From the NCBI GenBank assembly GCA_008501735.1, contig QQUF01000053.1:61163-125162 (forward strand): a DNA stretch of 64,000 bases. The letters run 5' to 3'. Origin of the DNA: Calditrichota bacterium (lineage in GTDB: Bacteria > CLD3). Positions 62,242 to 64,000 of this stretch are shown one piece after another (the stretch's first letter is position 1; the number at the start of each line of letters is the position of its first letter). The position numbers and the translations under genes were made by a program. The notes beneath the pieces were generated by a model. That model searched no databases, had not been told where the DNA came from, and saw only the letters and a program-made list of their open reading frames with translations.

Positions 62242-63039
62242 TTAGTTTCCTTTGAATTTGGGTTTGCGTTTTTCTACGAAACTATTGTAAAATTCTTTGT
62301 GGTCTTTTCCCATTAGCAACAATGCTTGTGCTTGTGCTTCTTGTTCGATTGCAGAAACTAAGTCCATTCCGTATTCGTTGTTGAGCATTCTTTTTGTCAT
62401 CGAAAGTGCAAGAGTTGCTGAATTGTTTAGTCTTTCAGCTAAAGCTTGAGTTTCCTCTTGTAACTTTTCTGGAGAAACGACTTTGTAAGCCAAACCGATT
62501 TCCTTTGCTTTTTCTGGGTAAATTGAATCTCCAAGCATCAAAACTTCCGTTGCTCTACCAAATCCGATAACTTTTGGTAAAAGGTAAGCGGCTCCCATAT
62601 CGGCTCCGGTCAAACCGACTTTTTGAAACAAAAATGCGATTTTGGATTCGGTTGAAAAAATTCTAAAATCCGAAGCTAAAGCAATTACTGCACCAGCTCC
62701 TGCACAAATTCCGTTGATTGAAGAAATTACAGGTTTGTCTAAAAGCCTTAAGTTTTTAACAACATTTCCGGTCATTCTTGTGAATTCAAGAACGCCTTTC
62801 ATATCGCGTTTGAAAAGTTCTCCGATAATCGTGTGAACATCGCCTCCTGAACAAAATCCTTTTCCTTCACCTGTGATTACAACAACTTTTACATCGTCCA
62901 TTTCTTGCAATTCACCTGTCAAAACTTCGAGTTCTCGGTAAACTTCAAACGTCAAAGAATTAAGAGTTTTGGGTCTTTGGAAAGTGATTGTGCAAATTCC
63001 GTTTACAGTCTCTAATTTGAAATTATTTTTTTTAGTCAT
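62242..63039 (-). CDS. Enoyl-CoA hydratase/isomerase family protein (start likely ATG 63039)
   Basis: LNSLTFEVY, FCSGGDV, GAGAVIALASD, VGLTGADMGAAYLLP. Confidence 0.9.
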   Translation of the reverse strand: MTKKNNFKLETVNGICTITFQRPKTLNSLTFEVYRELEVLTGELQEMDDVKVVVITGEGKGFCSGGDVHTIIGELFKRDMKGVLEFTRMTGNVVKNLRLLDKPVISSINGICAGAGAVIALASDFRIFSTESKIAFLFQKVGLTGADMGAAYLLPKVIGFGRATEVLMLGDSIYPEKAKEIGLAYKVVSPEKLQEETQALAERLNNSATLALSMTKRMLNNEYGMDLVSAIEQEAQAQALLLMGKDHKEFYNSFVEKRKPKFKGN

Positions 63040-63161
63040 TTTTAGAAATTTTCCCTTGTATAAAAATTGAAAAAATTTGGTCTTTACTTTCCCATTAAAA
63101 TAAAAATTACTTACTTTAAAAAGCACAAAATTCTTTCCAAAATCAAAAACAGGAGAAATTT

Positions 63162-64000
63162 ATGTCTGGCAAAAATGACTCGGAGTTTTTTTACCCTTCC
63201 GAAGAAGTTAAAGCTCAAGCTAACGTAAAAGATTACGAATCGCTTTACAAACGTTCAATCGAAGACCGAGAAGGGTTTTGGGCTGAAAGAGCAGAGGATT
63301 TGGAGTGGTTTCAAAAATGGGATAAAGTTTTAGATGATAGTAACAAGCCATTCTATAAGTGGTTTGTCGGAGGGAAAACAAACATCGTTCACAATGCGAT
63401 TGACAGACATCTGAAAACTTGGCGAAGAAACAAAGTTGCTTTGATTTGGGAAGGTGAACCCGGAGATGTAAGAACTTATTCTTACCACGCACTTAATCGC
63501 GAAGTCTCAAGGTTTGCAAATGTGCTCAAAAGTATGGGGGTTAAAAGAGGCGAAATTGTTACAATTTATATGCCTCAAGTTCCTGAACTTCCTATTGCGA
63601 TGATTGCTTGTGCGAAAATCGGAGCTGCTCACAGTGTTGTTTACGGAGGATTTAGCCACGAAGCACTTTCCGACAGAATTAACGATGCACAAAGTCGAGT
63701 TCTTGTTACAGCCGACGGAGGTTGGCGACGAGGAAAAATTACTGATTTGAAAAAAATCGCTAACAACGCAATGAAAAATTCACCGACAATTGAAGTTTGC
63801 ATCACCGTAAAAAGAACGGAACACGAAGTTTATATGGAAAATGACCGCGATTTTTGGTACCACGATTTGATGGGACTTCCAATTGCGAGTCCAAAATGTG
63901 AAACCGAAGTTATGGACGCAGAAGATATGCTTTTCATTCTTTACACTTCGGGAACGACAGGGAAACCAAAAGGAGTTTTGCATACTCACGGAGGTTATTC
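63162..64000 (+). CDS. acs: Acetyl-CoA synthetase (5' part; absent from the ORF track)
   Basis: AGGAG RBS; manual translation MSGKNDSEFFYPSEEV...KWFVGGKTN...IWEGEPG...IGAAHSVVYGGFS...ILYTSGTTGKPKG. Confidence 0.95.
   Translation, partial: MSGKNDSEFFYPSEEVKAQANVKDYESLYKRSIEDREGFWAERAEDLEWFQKWDKVLDDSNKPFYKWFVGGKTNIVHNAIDRHLKTWRRNKVALIWEGEPGDVRTYSYHALNREVSRFANVLKSMGVKRGEIVTIYMPQVPELPIAMIACAKIGAAHSVVYGGFSHEALSDRINDAQSRVLVTADGGWRRGKITDLKKIANNAMKNSPTIEVCITVKRTEHEVYMENDRDFWYHDLMGLPIASPKCETEVMDAEDMLFILYTSGTTGKPKGVLHTHGGY

Noticed and set aside
974-63989. Many 60-165 aa antisense or alternative-frame ORFs in the track (e.g. 7868-8320, 11886-12380, 41950-42288, 60896-61270, 63220-63989)
   Set aside because: They overlap well-supported genes and have no recognisable motifs, so they are shadow ORFs.

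Overview
AT-rich bacterial chromosome segment. Shine-Dalgarno sites, TTGACA-type promoters and six proteins with a 'QN(Y/F)PNPFNP...KKMxxxK' C-terminal sorting domain suggest a non-Bacteroidia FCB-group organism (inference). From left to right: a Zorya anti-phage operon (zorA-zorB-zorC, cut by the window edge) just downstream of a tRNA-Lys/Val/Asp cluster; two secreted FG-GAP proteins that share a candidate sigma-54 promoter and enhancer; trhO; a GH13 pullulanase-type enzyme; an AT-rich island with a tandemly duplicated ~510-aa helical-repeat protein facing either a 27-codon mini-ORF or a 1517-aa secreted hydrolase; housekeeping genes (def, hbd, yicC-gmk-rpoZ-coaBC); two giant MAM/Ig-repeat surface proteins downstream of a 1609-aa Ser/Thr kinase-STAND ATPase-TPR-GAF-sigma-54 activator; further secreted proteins (pappalysin-like, CRTAC1-like); aroC; an enoyl-CoA hydratase/Rid pair; and the 5' part of acs. 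The best candidates for undescribed biology are (i) the STAND-kinase-sigma-54 regulator with the giant adhesin pair, which share a 14-nt leader motif and a C-terminal module unlike the sorting domain, and (ii) the duplicated regulator with one 'filled' and one 'empty' cargo slot. All family assignments come from motif recognition by eye; no database search was run.
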